NCBI GenBank assembly: GCA_019114665.1
Contig: DXFB01000026.1
Coordinates: 1 to 41,138, forward strand
DNA length: 41,138 bases
From: Candidatus Barnesiella excrementipullorum
GTDB lineage: Bacteria; Bacteroidota; Bacteroidia; Bacteroidales; Barnesiellaceae_A
Reading direction: 5' to 3'
The notes beneath the pieces were generated by a model. The model saw only the letters and a list, made by a program, of their open reading frames with translations, was not told where the DNA came from and did not search any database. The position numbers were made by a program, and so were the translations under genes. Of this stretch, positions 8,419-17,803 are shown piece after piece. Numbering within the stretch: position 1 is the stretch's first letter; each line of letters starts with the position of its first letter.

Positions 8419-9320
8419 TGGGAGGGAAGGTTGGGGTTGCACACGAAGTTGTGCAGCCAGTTGGTGAAAAAGAGGTTGCCGTGTGCCCGCCATGTTACGA
8501 CGGGCGGGTTGGCGGGATTGTTATCGCGGTAGTAGTGCCTGGGGAGAACGATGGGGAGGTTGCGCGAGAGGTCGCGCCGGTACTCGGCGTCGAGCGTGTA
8601 GGGCGCATACTCAGAGTGCCCCATGATGAAGAACTGTGCCCCTTGGCGTGTTGCAATGGCGTGCAGGCCGCTCTCGTGGGAGGCGGAGAGAATGGTGAGG
8701 TCGGCTACCTTTTCAACATCCTCGCGGCGTACCTCGCAATGGCGGCTTTGCGGGACGTAAAAGATGTCGTCGAAGCCGCGGAAAAGCGGGTGGGTGGCAT
8801 CGATTACCTCGTGGGGAAAAACGCCGAAGCACTTTTGCGGCAGCATCGATTTGGGAATGCCGTAGTAGTAATATAATCCGGCTACTGCCCCCCAGCATAG
8901 ATAGAGTGTGGAGGTGACGTGCGTTTGTGTCCAATCGAAGATTTCCGTGAGTTCTGCCCAATAGTCGACCTCCTCAAACGGGAGATGTTCTACCGGTGCC
9001 CCGGTGATAATCATGCTGTCGTAGTGCAACGGCTTCACATCTGAAAAGTGTTTGTAGTATTTTTCGATATGCTCTGCCGGCGTGTTCTTCGAGTGGTGTC
9101 CCTGCGGTACAATCCAGTCGGTCTCTATTGTGAATGGTGTGCCCGACAGTACGCGCAGCAGATTTATCTCGGTGTCGATTTTCAGCGGCATGAGGTTGAG
9201 TATCAGCAGTCGCGCGGGGTGGGCGCAAGGAGTCTCCGGTGAGGGTTTCCCGGTGAGATATATCTTTTCGCGTTGCAGTGCGGCGACAGCCGGAAATGAC
9301 GATGGTACTTTGATGGGCAT
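8415..9320 (-). CDS. metA: Homoserine O-acyltransferase (MetA family)
   Basis: 301-aa ORF. The N-terminus MPIKVPSSFPAVAALQREKIYL parallels the MetA N-terminus MPIRVPDELPAV. Also present are ILNLMP-K---E-Q-LRLL-like LILNLMPLKIDTEINLLRVL and YLCWGA. Confidence 0.9.
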   Translation of the reverse strand: MPIKVPSSFPAVAALQREKIYLTGKPSPETPCAHPARLLILNLMPLKIDTEINLLRVLSGTPFTIETDWIVPQGHHSKNTPAEHIEKYYKHFSDVKPLHYDSMIITGAPVEHLPFEEVDYWAELTEIFDWTQTHVTSTLYLCWGAVAGLYYYYGIPKSMLPQKCFGVFPHEVIDATHPLFRGFDDIFYVPQSRHCEVRREDVEKVADLTILSASHESGLHAIATRQGAQFFIMGHSEYAPYTLDAEYRRDLSRNLPIVLPRHYYRDNNPANPPVVTWRAHGNLFFTNWLHNFVCNPNLPSQ

Positions 9321-9331
9321 GACGACTCCTG

Positions 9332-9760
9332 TTACTTGCGTTTGGTCGATTTTGAGCGTTGCGACCCGCGGGCGGCTGCCGGTTTTTTGGGAGATGTGGG
9401 ACGCGAAGCCGAGGATTGTGCCGGGCGGTTGGCCGCTGTCTTGCGGGTTGCGCCGGTACGGCGTGCCGCACCCCTGCTGCCCGACCTTTGTGTACTCTGC
9501 TCTTCGGTATCTTCGACTCTGCCTTTGGGAGGTCCCCAGCGGTGTTTTTTAGGACGGTTTTCGAGAGGGACGAAGTAGAGCGGTTCCCCGTCGATGCGCA
9601 CTTTATCCTCCTCTCCTACACGGTCGCCGGGTATGGCCGGCCGGTTATTGATGGTTACGCGTCCGTCGGCGATGAGGCGGTCTGCTTCGCGGCGCGAGCA
9701 AAAGCCGTAGTCGCTAATCATTTTATTGATGCGGGTGCCTTGATTTTCGGTTTCTTTCAT
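9332..9760 (-). CDS. S4-domain RNA-binding protein with a long basic, disordered C-terminal tail
   Basis: The S4 motif is RINKMISDYGFCSRREADRLIADGRVTINNRPAIPGDRV. The tail is rich in R, K, S, T and A. Confidence 0.8.
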   Translation of the reverse strand: MKETENQGTRINKMISDYGFCSRREADRLIADGRVTINNRPAIPGDRVGEEDKVRIDGEPLYFVPLENRPKKHRWGPPKGRVEDTEEQSTQRSGSRGAARRTGATRKTAANRPAQSSASRPTSPKKPAAARGSQRSKSTKRK

Positions 9761-9781
9761 AACTAATGGTTCTGTAATTGT

Positions 9782-10618
9782 TTATCCGAGCTCTATCTGT
9801 TCTGCCACGATGTCGTCGTGCAGGAAGAGGGTTGCAGTCTCCATAAACTTGGCGGGCGACTCGGTTGTGAGATAGGTACACTCTCCGTGGCGTGAACAGG
9901 CCGACTCTATCTCGGGGTGCCGGCGCAGATAATCTTGCAGGCTGGCTGCTACGACATGGCCTTGCGATAGCAATGTGATGTGCGAGGGCAGGCTGGCGCG
10001 TATCTTGTCGTAAATCAGCGGGTAGTGTGTGCAGCCGAGGATGACGGTGTCGATGAGGCTGCTTTGTGCCAGAAGCGCATCGATATATTTCGTTACGAAG
10101 AAGTCGCACCCGGCATTATGAGTTTCGTTGTTCTCTATAAGGGGTACCCACATGGGGCAGGGCTGTCCGTAGAGTTGATAGTGGGGAAATAGTTTGGCAA
10201 CCTCGGCGGTATATGAGCCCGAGAGTACGGTTCCCGGCGTTGCCAGCAAACCTATGCAACCGGTGTGTGTCATGCCGCCAATGGCCTCTACGGTAGGGCG
10301 TATGACCCCCAAGACGCGGCGCGAGGCATCGATATGGGGCAGGTCGCACTGTTGTATGGTGCGCAGTGCCTTGGCCGATGCCGTGTTGCAAGCCAGGATG
10401 ACGAGGCGGCATCCGCGGTCGAAAAGATATTGTACCGCTTCTAAGGTGAAGCGATAGACAATCTCAAACGAGCGTGTGCCGTATGGGGCGCGTGCATTGT
10501 CGCCTACGTATATGTAGTCGTAGTCGGGCAGAAGGCGGCGAATCTCAGAGAGGATGGTAAGGCCTCCGTATCCCGAATCGAATACTCCGATAGGAGCGGG
10601 TGTTGCATGGGTTGTCAT
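9782..10618 (-). CDS. murI: Glutamate racemase
   Basis: Motifs present are IGVFDSGYGGLTIL, ACNTASA and GCTHYPL. The ORF is open to 10666, but that extension contains a terminator hairpin. The ATG at 10618 (MTTHATPAPIGVFDSG) gives a canonical N-terminus. Confidence 0.9.
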   Translation of the reverse strand: MTTHATPAPIGVFDSGYGGLTILSEIRRLLPDYDYIYVGDNARAPYGTRSFEIVYRFTLEAVQYLFDRGCRLVILACNTASAKALRTIQQCDLPHIDASRRVLGVIRPTVEAIGGMTHTGCIGLLATPGTVLSGSYTAEVAKLFPHYQLYGQPCPMWVPLIENNETHNAGCDFFVTKYIDALLAQSSLIDTVILGCTHYPLIYDKIRASLPSHITLLSQGHVVAASLQDYLRRHPEIESACSRHGECTYLTTESPAKFMETATLFLHDDIVAEQIELG

Positions 10619-10632
10619 AGGTGTATTGGTAC

Positions 10633-10666
10633 AAAAAACTGCGTCGGGGGAACTTCTCCCCGACAC
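10633..10666 (-). terminator. Intrinsic terminator or attenuator between ompH and murI
   Basis: The minus-strand RNA reads GUGUCGGGG-AGAAGUUC-CCCCGACGC followed by AGUUUUUUG. That gives a 7-9 bp GC-rich stem and a U6 tract. Confidence 0.7.
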
Positions 10667-10699
10667 AGCTTATCTCTTGACAGGCCTCGAAAGGTGCTG

Positions 10700-11209
10700 T
10701 TATTGTATTCCTAATTTGGCTTTTACAAGCGGCGTGATATCTTCGTTGCCAACGCCTTGGTAGAGTACAACGGGATAGGTGAGGTCGAAGATATAGGTAA
10801 ACTTGCCCTCTTCGCCCACTGCCTTGATAGCATCCATCAGTTTTTGTTGTATGGGGATGAAGAGCTCCTCTTGCTTCTTGGCGATGTCTTCCTGAGCCAT
10901 GGTACGGAAGCTCTCTATGCGTTGTTGCGACTCTTGTACCTCTTGCAGGCGGCGCATTCTTATCGTTTCGGGAACGGTGTCGCCTAAGGCTTGCAGTTCT
11001 TTATACTTGTTCTGAAACTCTTCTTGAACTTTGACAAATTCGTCTTCGTATTTCTTGGACAAGTCTTGCAACTGTTGCTCGGCTGCTGCACGCTCGGGCA
11101 TGGCAGCGATGATTTCGGCAGAATTGACTGTACCAAACTTGAAGGCAGTCTGCGCCATCAGACTCATGGGCAGGCAGCACAAAACGGCAATGATTAATTT
11201 TTTGAACAT
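10700..11209 (-). CDS. OmpH/Skp-family periplasmic chaperone
   Basis: 169 aa with signal peptide MFKKLIIAVLCCLPMSLMAQ. It has a coiled-coil body rich in E, Q and K and sits in the conserved position downstream of bamA. Confidence 0.85.
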   Translation of the reverse strand: MFKKLIIAVLCCLPMSLMAQTAFKFGTVNSAEIIAAMPERAAAEQQLQDLSKKYEDEFVKVQEEFQNKYKELQALGDTVPETIRMRRLQEVQESQQRIESFRTMAQEDIAKKQEELFIPIQQKLMDAIKAVGEEGKFTYIFDLTYPVVLYQGVGNEDITPLVKAKLGIQ

Positions 11210-11284
11210 GATATTTGTTTATATTTGTTTATATCTTTGTTTGACAGGCCGTAGCCTGTATGAAGCAGGCGCAAAGATAGTTAT

Positions 11285-11800
11285 TTATTTGGAATATCCC
11301 AACTTTGCGAGTACCTCGTTGCTAATATCGGCCTTGGGTGAGGCGAAAATGATGTTTCCCGACGAGGCGCGGTCGATAATCATCATGTAATTACGCTCCT
11401 CGGCAATCTTCTTCACGGCGTTGTATATCTCGTCCTGAATGGGTTTCATGAGGCTTTCGCGCTTTTTATACAGTTCGCCTTCGGGCCCGAAGTAGCGGCG
11501 GCGCAGCTCAGCTGCCTCTTGTTCCTTGGCCTGTACCTCATCGGCGCGTTGGGTTTTCATTTCGTCGGTGAGAAATACCAGGTCCGATTGGTAGTTCTTA
11601 TAGAGTGTTTCGGCTTCGGCGGCGAGGTCTTCGCACTCTTTTTGCCATCTTTTTGCCACTTGGTTGAGCTGTTCGTTTGCCATCTCATAGGCGGGTATGT
11701 TTTTCAGGATATACTCCATGTCTATGAGGGCGTATTTTTGAGCCGAAGCGCCTGCGGCGCATATTGCCCATAAGCAGGCTATCACAATAAGTCTCTTCAT
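11285..11800 (-). CDS. OmpH/Skp-family periplasmic chaperone (second copy)
   Basis: 171 aa with signal peptide MKRLIVIACLWAICAAGASAQ. It is a coiled-coil protein tandem with the other ompH gene. Confidence 0.85.
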   Translation of the reverse strand: MKRLIVIACLWAICAAGASAQKYALIDMEYILKNIPAYEMANEQLNQVAKRWQKECEDLAAEAETLYKNYQSDLVFLTDEMKTQRADEVQAKEQEAAELRRRYFGPEGELYKKRESLMKPIQDEIYNAVKKIAEERNYMMIIDRASSGNIIFASPKADISNEVLAKLGYSK

Positions 11801-11938
11801 AATCTCCTTGTTAAGGTTTTACAATCATACATATTTTGCGCTAAGAAAGCACGTAAAGATAACTACTTGCCGTCCATATCTATGAAAGATGGGTTGTGTT
11901 TTTATAGCATTTAACACTACGCGCTCCTTTTTTACACA

Positions 11939-14584
11939 TTAAAATTCTTGTCCGAGGATAAAGTGGAAGTGGCTTCCGCCTCGTTGTCCGAACACTTCGT
12001 CGAAGCCGTATGCCCAGTCGATACCCAGCAGACCTATCATAGGCAGGAATACGCGTACACCTACGCCGGCCGACCTTTTCATGGAGAAGGGGTTGAAGTC
12101 GCGGATGTCGGTCCATGCATTACCCGCCTCGGCAAAAGCAAGGCCGTATATGGTTGTGGAGGGTTGCAGCAGGAAGGGGAAGTGCAGCTCTAACGTGAAG
12201 CGCGTGTAGGCGTAGCCCTCGTAGCCCCACGGGGTGAAGGCTCCGTTGTCATATCCGCGCATACCGATTGTCTCGGTGGCGTATGTATAGGAGCCTGTCA
12301 TGCCGTCGCCACCCACATAGAAGGTCTCGAAAGGCGATTTCTTGTAGGGGTTGTAGCTGCCGAGCAAGCCGAAGTCGGCACGTGTCATGAGCACGAGCGT
12401 GTATTGGTTCTCGGGCGATGTGAGCGGCGTATAGGTACGGCTCTTGAATTTTATCTTGTAGTATTCTATCCAGCGGTACATCTCTTGGCGCGAGGCCTCG
12501 GTATTCTGTTGGGAGAGTGCCTTGTAGTCTTTCCCGTCGAAGAGCGAATAGGGCGGGGTGACTGTGGCCGAGAGCGAGAATTGCGAGCCGCGGCGTGTGT
12601 AGATGGGGTTGTCTATTGAGGTACGTGCCAGTGTCGCTCCAAGGGTGATACTGTGCGATACTCCGTTGTTCATGTAGTAGAGGTAGTCCCAGTCATCGAG
12701 GATATATGCCTGATAGCCGAGGTCGACCATGAAGGTGAAGTAGTCGTCGGGCCACGAGAGCCGTTTACCGAACGAGAAGTTGATACCGGCCATCTGCAAA
12801 GACTTGGAGGGGTCTATCGCGTTTTCCAGCTGTGCCTGATAATACGACTGGTCGTAGTAGCCTCCGTAACCGCCGTAGTAGCCTCCGTAGAGGTATGGGT
12901 TGTAATAGTTGTTGTTATAGAAAGAGCTTTCTATACCTGTCTGACGGCTATAATATGCCGATACCGAGAATGAGTTGGGGCGTTTGCCGCCAAACCACGG
13001 GTCGAAAAACGAGATACTGTATGCCTGATAGTATCGTGCGTTGGTTTGTGCACTGATGGTAAAGGTCTGCCCGTCTCCTTGCGGGATGATTCCCTTGTAG
13101 CTTTTGGGATTGAACAGGTTTCGCATGGAGAAGTTGGTAAACTTCAAGCTCAGCTTACCGATGATACCGGTCTGTCCCCATCCGGCGGAGAACTCTATCT
13201 GGTCATTCGATTTGCTGGTGAGGTTCAGTTCTATATCTACTGTACCGTTCTCGGGGTTGGGCTTGGGTTGTATATCCATCGACTCGGGGTCGAAGTGCCC
13301 CGTCTGCGCTATCTCGCGAGCCGAACGGATGAGGGCGCTCTTGTCGAAGAGTTCGCCCGGTTTGGTGCGGAGCTCGCGGCGTATCACATGCTCGTAGAGG
13401 CGGTCGTTGCCGTTGATGATGACTTTGTTGATGCGGGCCTGCGGTCCTTCGGTAATCATCATTTCGAGGTCGATGGAGTCGTTGGCGATATTGGTTTCGA
13501 GGGGGATGAGGTTGAAGAAGAGGTAGCCGCGGTCCATGTATAGGTTCGACACGGCGTCTTCGTCTTCATTGATACGTTTGTTGAGCAGTTTCTGGTTATA
13601 TACATCGCCGGGCTTCATGCCAAGGTATGCCGACAGTACATCGTTGGTATATATCGTGTTGCCTATCCATCTGATGTCGCGAATATGGTATTGGTCGCCC
13701 TCTTCGATGGAGATATATATGTCTACTTTGTTTTTGTCGTATGGCACAATGCTGTCGCACACGACGTAGGCGTCGCGATAACCTTTCTCGTTGTATTTCT
13801 CGGTAAGGACTTGCAGGTCGCTCTCAAAGTCGCTCTCGACAAATTTTTTCTGTTTGAAGATGGTGAAGATATTGTCGCGTTCGCTGGTCTTCTTCATAGC
13901 CCATTTGAGCTTGAAGTCAGAGAATACGTTGTTGCCTTTGAAGTATATGCGATGTACTTTTATTTTCTCGTTCTTATCGACGTTGATGTCGAGTATCACT
14001 TCGTTTTTGTGGGCCAGGTCTTCGTGTTGTATCAGGCGCACGTCGGCATTTTTGAAACCCTTTTCGTCGAAATATTTTTTGATAATCATCTCGGCGCGGT
14101 TCACGATATTGGGCGTTATCTGTTGCCCTTTTGCCAGTCCGAGGCGGGCTTCCAGGTCTTCGCGCTCGCCTTTTTTCACGCCGTTATAGTTGATTTGCGA
14201 GATGCGGGGTTGCGGCGTGAGTCTTATTTCGAGCCATGCTTTGTCGCCGTAGGCCTTTGTCCACAGGATAGCCACGTCTGAAAAAAGTCCTTGTCGCCAG
14301 AAACGCTTCAAGGCGTTGGTGATGTCATCGCCGGGGATTTCTATGCGTTGTCCTTTGGATAGTCCCGAGTAGCCGATGATGATATAATCTTCGTAGTTGT
14401 CGGCTCCGACAACCGTAATATCGGCTATTTCATATATTTGAGGCGTTTGTGAGTATACGACAGTGGGATTGTATATCGTGTCGGCTTCGACGGTCTGCGC
14501 TGCGCTGTATGGCGTGCAACAAACCGCGATAAGCATTGCGGCAAACAATATTTTTATTTTCTGTGACATGGATTTACTGAGCAT
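11939..14584 (-). CDS. bamA: Outer membrane protein assembly factor BamA (Omp85)
   Basis: 881 aa with a signal peptide. It has POTRA-like repeats (for example RIYFKGNNVFSD and IRWIGNTIYTNDVL), a C-terminal beta-barrel ending in GQEF, and uppS-bamA-ompH synteny. Confidence 0.9.
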   Translation of the reverse strand: MLSKSMSQKIKILFAAMLIAVCCTPYSAAQTVEADTIYNPTVVYSQTPQIYEIADITVVGADNYEDYIIIGYSGLSKGQRIEIPGDDITNALKRFWRQGLFSDVAILWTKAYGDKAWLEIRLTPQPRISQINYNGVKKGEREDLEARLGLAKGQQITPNIVNRAEMIIKKYFDEKGFKNADVRLIQHEDLAHKNEVILDINVDKNEKIKVHRIYFKGNNVFSDFKLKWAMKKTSERDNIFTIFKQKKFVESDFESDLQVLTEKYNEKGYRDAYVVCDSIVPYDKNKVDIYISIEEGDQYHIRDIRWIGNTIYTNDVLSAYLGMKPGDVYNQKLLNKRINEDEDAVSNLYMDRGYLFFNLIPLETNIANDSIDLEMMITEGPQARINKVIINGNDRLYEHVIRRELRTKPGELFDKSALIRSAREIAQTGHFDPESMDIQPKPNPENGTVDIELNLTSKSNDQIEFSAGWGQTGIIGKLSLKFTNFSMRNLFNPKSYKGIIPQGDGQTFTISAQTNARYYQAYSISFFDPWFGGKRPNSFSVSAYYSRQTGIESSFYNNNYYNPYLYGGYYGGYGGYYDQSYYQAQLENAIDPSKSLQMAGINFSFGKRLSWPDDYFTFMVDLGYQAYILDDWDYLYYMNNGVSHSITLGATLARTSIDNPIYTRRGSQFSLSATVTPPYSLFDGKDYKALSQQNTEASRQEMYRWIEYYKIKFKSRTYTPLTSPENQYTLVLMTRADFGLLGSYNPYKKSPFETFYVGGDGMTGSYTYATETIGMRGYDNGAFTPWGYEGYAYTRFTLELHFPFLLQPSTTIYGLAFAEAGNAWTDIRDFNPFSMKRSAGVGVRVFLPMIGLLGIDWAYGFDEVFGQRGGSHFHFILGQEF

Positions 14585-15340
14585 CTAAACTTTGTCGTTG
14601 TGTTGTATTTGTTCGCTTGTTTTCCCGAAACGGCGTTCGCGCTTTTGGTAATCGATAATGGCGCGGTAGAGGCTTTCGTCGGTGAAGTCGGGCCAGTACT
14701 CGTCGGTGAAGTAAAACTCGGCATACGCAAGTTGCCACAGCAGGAAGTTGCTGATGCGCAATTCTCCTCCGGTGCGTATGAGCAAATCGGGCTCGGGAAG
14801 CGATGCTGTGGTAAGGTACGAGGCGAAGAGCTTCTCGTCGATATGGCATGGGTCTGTGATGCCTTGCAGGACATCTTGCGCGATGTGTTGGGCCGCGGCG
14901 GCAATTTCCCATCGCGCGGAGTAACTCAATGCCAGATTCAGAACGATGCGTGTGCCGGCTGCTGTATCGTCGATACATTTTTGCAGCCGTTTCTGTACCT
15001 CGACAGGCATACGGGATGTGTCGCCTATCACTCCCAGCCTCACGCCGTTGGCTATCATGCCGGGTGTCTCGCGTTCGATACCGAAGACGACGAGCGACAT
15101 CAGGGCATCTACCTCTTCTTGGGGGCGATTCCAGTTTTCGGTCGAGAAGGCATATAACGTAAGACATTCCACCCCTATATCGGCAGCTGCATTGGTTATC
15201 TCGTGCACTACGTCGAGCCCTTTGCGGTGCCCTTGGGAGCGGTCGAGGTTTCGCTGTTTTGCCCACCGTCCGTTCCCGTCCATGATGATTGCTATATGGC
15301 GCGGTACGGTAGTTCTGTCTATTTTTTCTACAAGTGACAT
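14585..15340 (-). CDS. uppS: Isoprenyl transferase (undecaprenyl diphosphate synthase)
   Basis: Motifs HIAIIMDGNGRWA, TLYAFSTENW-RP, IRTGGE-R-SNFLLWQ-AY-E are present. Confidence 0.92.
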   Translation of the reverse strand: MSLVEKIDRTTVPRHIAIIMDGNGRWAKQRNLDRSQGHRKGLDVVHEITNAAADIGVECLTLYAFSTENWNRPQEEVDALMSLVVFGIERETPGMIANGVRLGVIGDTSRMPVEVQKRLQKCIDDTAAGTRIVLNLALSYSARWEIAAAAQHIAQDVLQGITDPCHIDEKLFASYLTTASLPEPDLLIRTGGELRISNFLLWQLAYAEFYFTDEYWPDFTDESLYRAIIDYQKRERRFGKTSEQIQHNDKV

Positions 15341-15362
15341 CTTGCGTTTTATATATCTGTAT

Positions 15363-16088
15363 TTATTTTTTCTTTTTTGGGTTGGGGCATCCGTTGCAGG
15401 GCAATGACTTGAAACCGAAATCGTAACTTATCGTGAAAACAAGCGTCGAAAACCAGTCGGTATTTTTCACGAGCGAGCTTGGTATCAGGTACGGGTCATC
15501 GAGTTGTTTCATGTCTACCCTGTCGCTCAACACCTTGTGCATGGCAAATTCGAGCCCTATATTCCAACGCTCGGCGAGTTTATATTTGATACCTACGCCG
15601 AAAGGAATATTTACCGCAAAGAAGTTGTTGCCCTCGGGAAAACCGCAGCAAAATGCTATGCCGGCCGTCAGATAGGGTGATATGCGGCTGGTATTGAGGT
15701 AGGATTTCCCCATGCCGTAATTAAAAAAGTTAAATTCGGCTCTACAACCTGCATCGAAGAGTGTCGTATTGAACCGGTATGTCTCCCCGCCGGGAAACAC
15801 GTTGCTGAGGTCGCCGCTATTGCCCGACAGCATGGCTGCCGACAGATTGGCTCTGATAGCCCATCGGTAGTTTATCACGTACCGGAACAGAAATCCGCCC
15901 GTAAAGCCGGGTCGGTATATCACCGATGCCTGGTTGGCATCGCCCCAGTAGCTGCTGATGCCTGCCTCGGCGCCCACTTCGTATTTATAGTCTTGCGCTG
16001 CCGTATGTTGTGCCGTACATAACAGGACACAACCTATAACACACGCTGTAAAGCATCTTTTACGCCAATATTTTATCTTATCGCCCAT
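15363..16088 (-). CDS. Small outer-membrane beta-barrel protein (DUF6089-like); by position the likely counterpart of T9SS-associated PorG
   Basis: 241 aa with a signal peptide ending in AAQ. It shows alternating aromatic/hydrophobic beta-strand patterning and ends in an aromatic-rich strand. It lies immediately upstream of uppS-bamA-ompH, where PG0189 (PorG) lies in P. gingivalis as I recall. Confidence 0.65.
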   Translation of the reverse strand: MGDKIKYWRKRCFTACVIGCVLLCTAQHTAAQDYKYEVGAEAGISSYWGDANQASVIYRPGFTGGFLFRYVINYRWAIRANLSAAMLSGNSGDLSNVFPGGETYRFNTTLFDAGCRAEFNFFNYGMGKSYLNTSRISPYLTAGIAFCCGFPEGNNFFAVNIPFGVGIKYKLAERWNIGLEFAMHKVLSDRVDMKQLDDPYLIPSSLVKNTDWFSTLVFTISYDFGFKSLPCNGCPNPKKKK

Positions 16089-16150
16089 CGCTCTTCTATT
16101 TTATGTAGAAACGCGAGAAAAACGCGAAAAGTATTTTCGGGTTGCATATT

Positions 16151-17611
16151 TTAAGGTATAGGCTCAAAACGCAACCTGTTTATTACGCCCCGCCATATCT
16201 GGTCGTAGACGTTGCCTTCGCGGTTCATGCCTCCGAACATATATATATAGGGTACGAGCTGTTCTGACGAAGCGGTGCGTAAAGGCATCGCGCGGTAGCC
16301 TTCCGGCAGGGAGGGCTCGTCCATACGGTGCCACTCGGCGGGAAGGACATCGTTGGATTCCTCGCATATTATGACCGAAGCATAGGCACGTGGCATGATA
16401 TAGGCCGGCATTTGCATCAAGAGGTCGGCCTCTTTCCACGACACGCCGTAGTTGGTCGTAAGCCATACGTCATTGAGCATCTCCTGGTCGTTTTCGCCGC
16501 CTATGACAAACCATGCTGTCTGTTCGGTCGTTACCCAGTTGTCGTCTACGATAAAGGTGACATATGAGAATAGCATGGCCCCTTGGCGAGGCGGCATGTC
16601 GTTGCTTAGCAGAGCCCATGTCGTGCCGTCATAACCCCACATTGCACCGGTGAGCGTACCGTCGGCGAGACGACCTCCCACTATCATGCCTTGTGGAGCG
16701 GTCATCCATGACGAGGAGTAGATGAGCATTTCGCTCATGCCCTGTACGGGGAAAGAGGCGGGCATGGGTGTGGGGGTAAAACCTTCGGGACGCGGATATT
16801 TGTCGTGATAGTATGTGTCGCCTTCTTTGCTTACCAGTAGCATACAGCCGTTCCAATCGCCCAATATCGCTGAGTAGGTACCTCCTGCGGCCGTCCATGT
16901 CGTGGCATCGGTCGAGGTGTAGAGTGTGCCCGAGGTGTCGAGCATGTAAAGGGCATTGTCGGCGGCTTTGATTGAGAGCAGGTCGGGTGTGAAGCCGAAT
17001 GACATCTCTTGGATTGTCCAATTATCTCCGGGAGAGTGTGCCGTTGCGACCTGATATACACCGCCGCGTTGCATAAAGCAGTAAATCAGTCCGTTATATT
17101 GTATTGTCTTTTGGCTTTGCAGTGTGCCGCTTCCCGGCAGGCTGCCGTAGCTCATGCCACCCCACGAAAGCAGGTCGGCATCGACGTTATGTACGTTGAC
17201 GGTGATTGTGTATTTTTTAGAGTTGTTGCCGCTTTGCGATACGACCTCCATCTCTACGGGCGAGGTAAAGTCGATTTTTGTATCGTCGGACTGCACGTAG
17301 TCGAATGTCGTCCCGTCGGCTTGCGTTATGATGGCCGATGATGCGCCCTCGAAGGTAATGGTGGCTGCAAGGCTCGAAACATCGGTGCCGCGAGGCAGTG
17401 AATCGGCGTTGAATATCAACCCGTTTTCAAGGTCTATTGTAAAAAATACATTGTCCAGGTTATCCAATACCGCGGTGTCGGCAGCCAGAGAGAATGCCGA
17501 TACGCGTACGCTGTCTGAAAAGACAGTCGGCTCTGTTTCTTCCTTTTTGCACGCCGAGAAAAGAATAATTGCGGCAAGAAAAAAAAGGATGTACTCTATT
17601 TTTCCTTTCAT
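16151..17611 (-). CDS. Lipoprotein with an N-terminal Ig-like beta-sandwich and a Kelch-like beta-propeller region
   Basis: The start MKGKIEYILFFLAAIILFSAC carries a lipobox Cys. The ORF is open to 17647. Repeated motifs of the G-x-Y / W-type are present (LYMLDTSGTLYTS and MFGGMNREGNVYDQIWRG). A TAccTTTG box at 17659-17652 fits the 17611 start. Confidence 0.7.
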   Translation of the reverse strand: MKGKIEYILFFLAAIILFSACKKEETEPTVFSDSVRVSAFSLAADTAVLDNLDNVFFTIDLENGLIFNADSLPRGTDVSSLAATITFEGASSAIITQADGTTFDYVQSDDTKIDFTSPVEMEVVSQSGNNSKKYTITVNVHNVDADLLSWGGMSYGSLPGSGTLQSQKTIQYNGLIYCFMQRGGVYQVATAHSPGDNWTIQEMSFGFTPDLLSIKAADNALYMLDTSGTLYTSTDATTWTAAGGTYSAILGDWNGCMLLVSKEGDTYYHDKYPRPEGFTPTPMPASFPVQGMSEMLIYSSSWMTAPQGMIVGGRLADGTLTGAMWGYDGTTWALLSNDMPPRQGAMLFSYVTFIVDDNWVTTEQTAWFVIGGENDQEMLNDVWLTTNYGVSWKEADLLMQMPAYIMPRAYASVIICEESNDVLPAEWHRMDEPSLPEGYRAMPLRTASSEQLVPYIYMFGGMNREGNVYDQIWRGVINRLRFEPIP

Positions 17612-17803
17612 TCTATGACACTTTTTGATGCTTATAGTTCGTAACAAACGACAAAGGTAGCAACTTTTTTGGCTTCGGTCTATTTATCGTCCTACAATTA
17701 TAATAATTTAGAGATAGTAATGTTCCTGTCATCGCTAAAATCGCAGTTTGCAGGGGCTTGAAAAGGAGTGAGCGGCAAACTTTGTCATACCAACCTCTAT
17801 TTT

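Noticed and set aside
11211-11243. Tandem TATTTGTTTA TATTTGTTTA TATCTTTGTTTGA repeats containing two plus-strand TAnnTTTG-like boxes between the ompH genes
   Set aside because: No TTTG -33 element lies at a workable spacing (14 nt only). The orientation would drive antisense transcription into ompH. On the coding (minus) strand this is simply the A-rich leader (TAAACAAATA x2) typical of Bacteroidetes translation-initiation regions.
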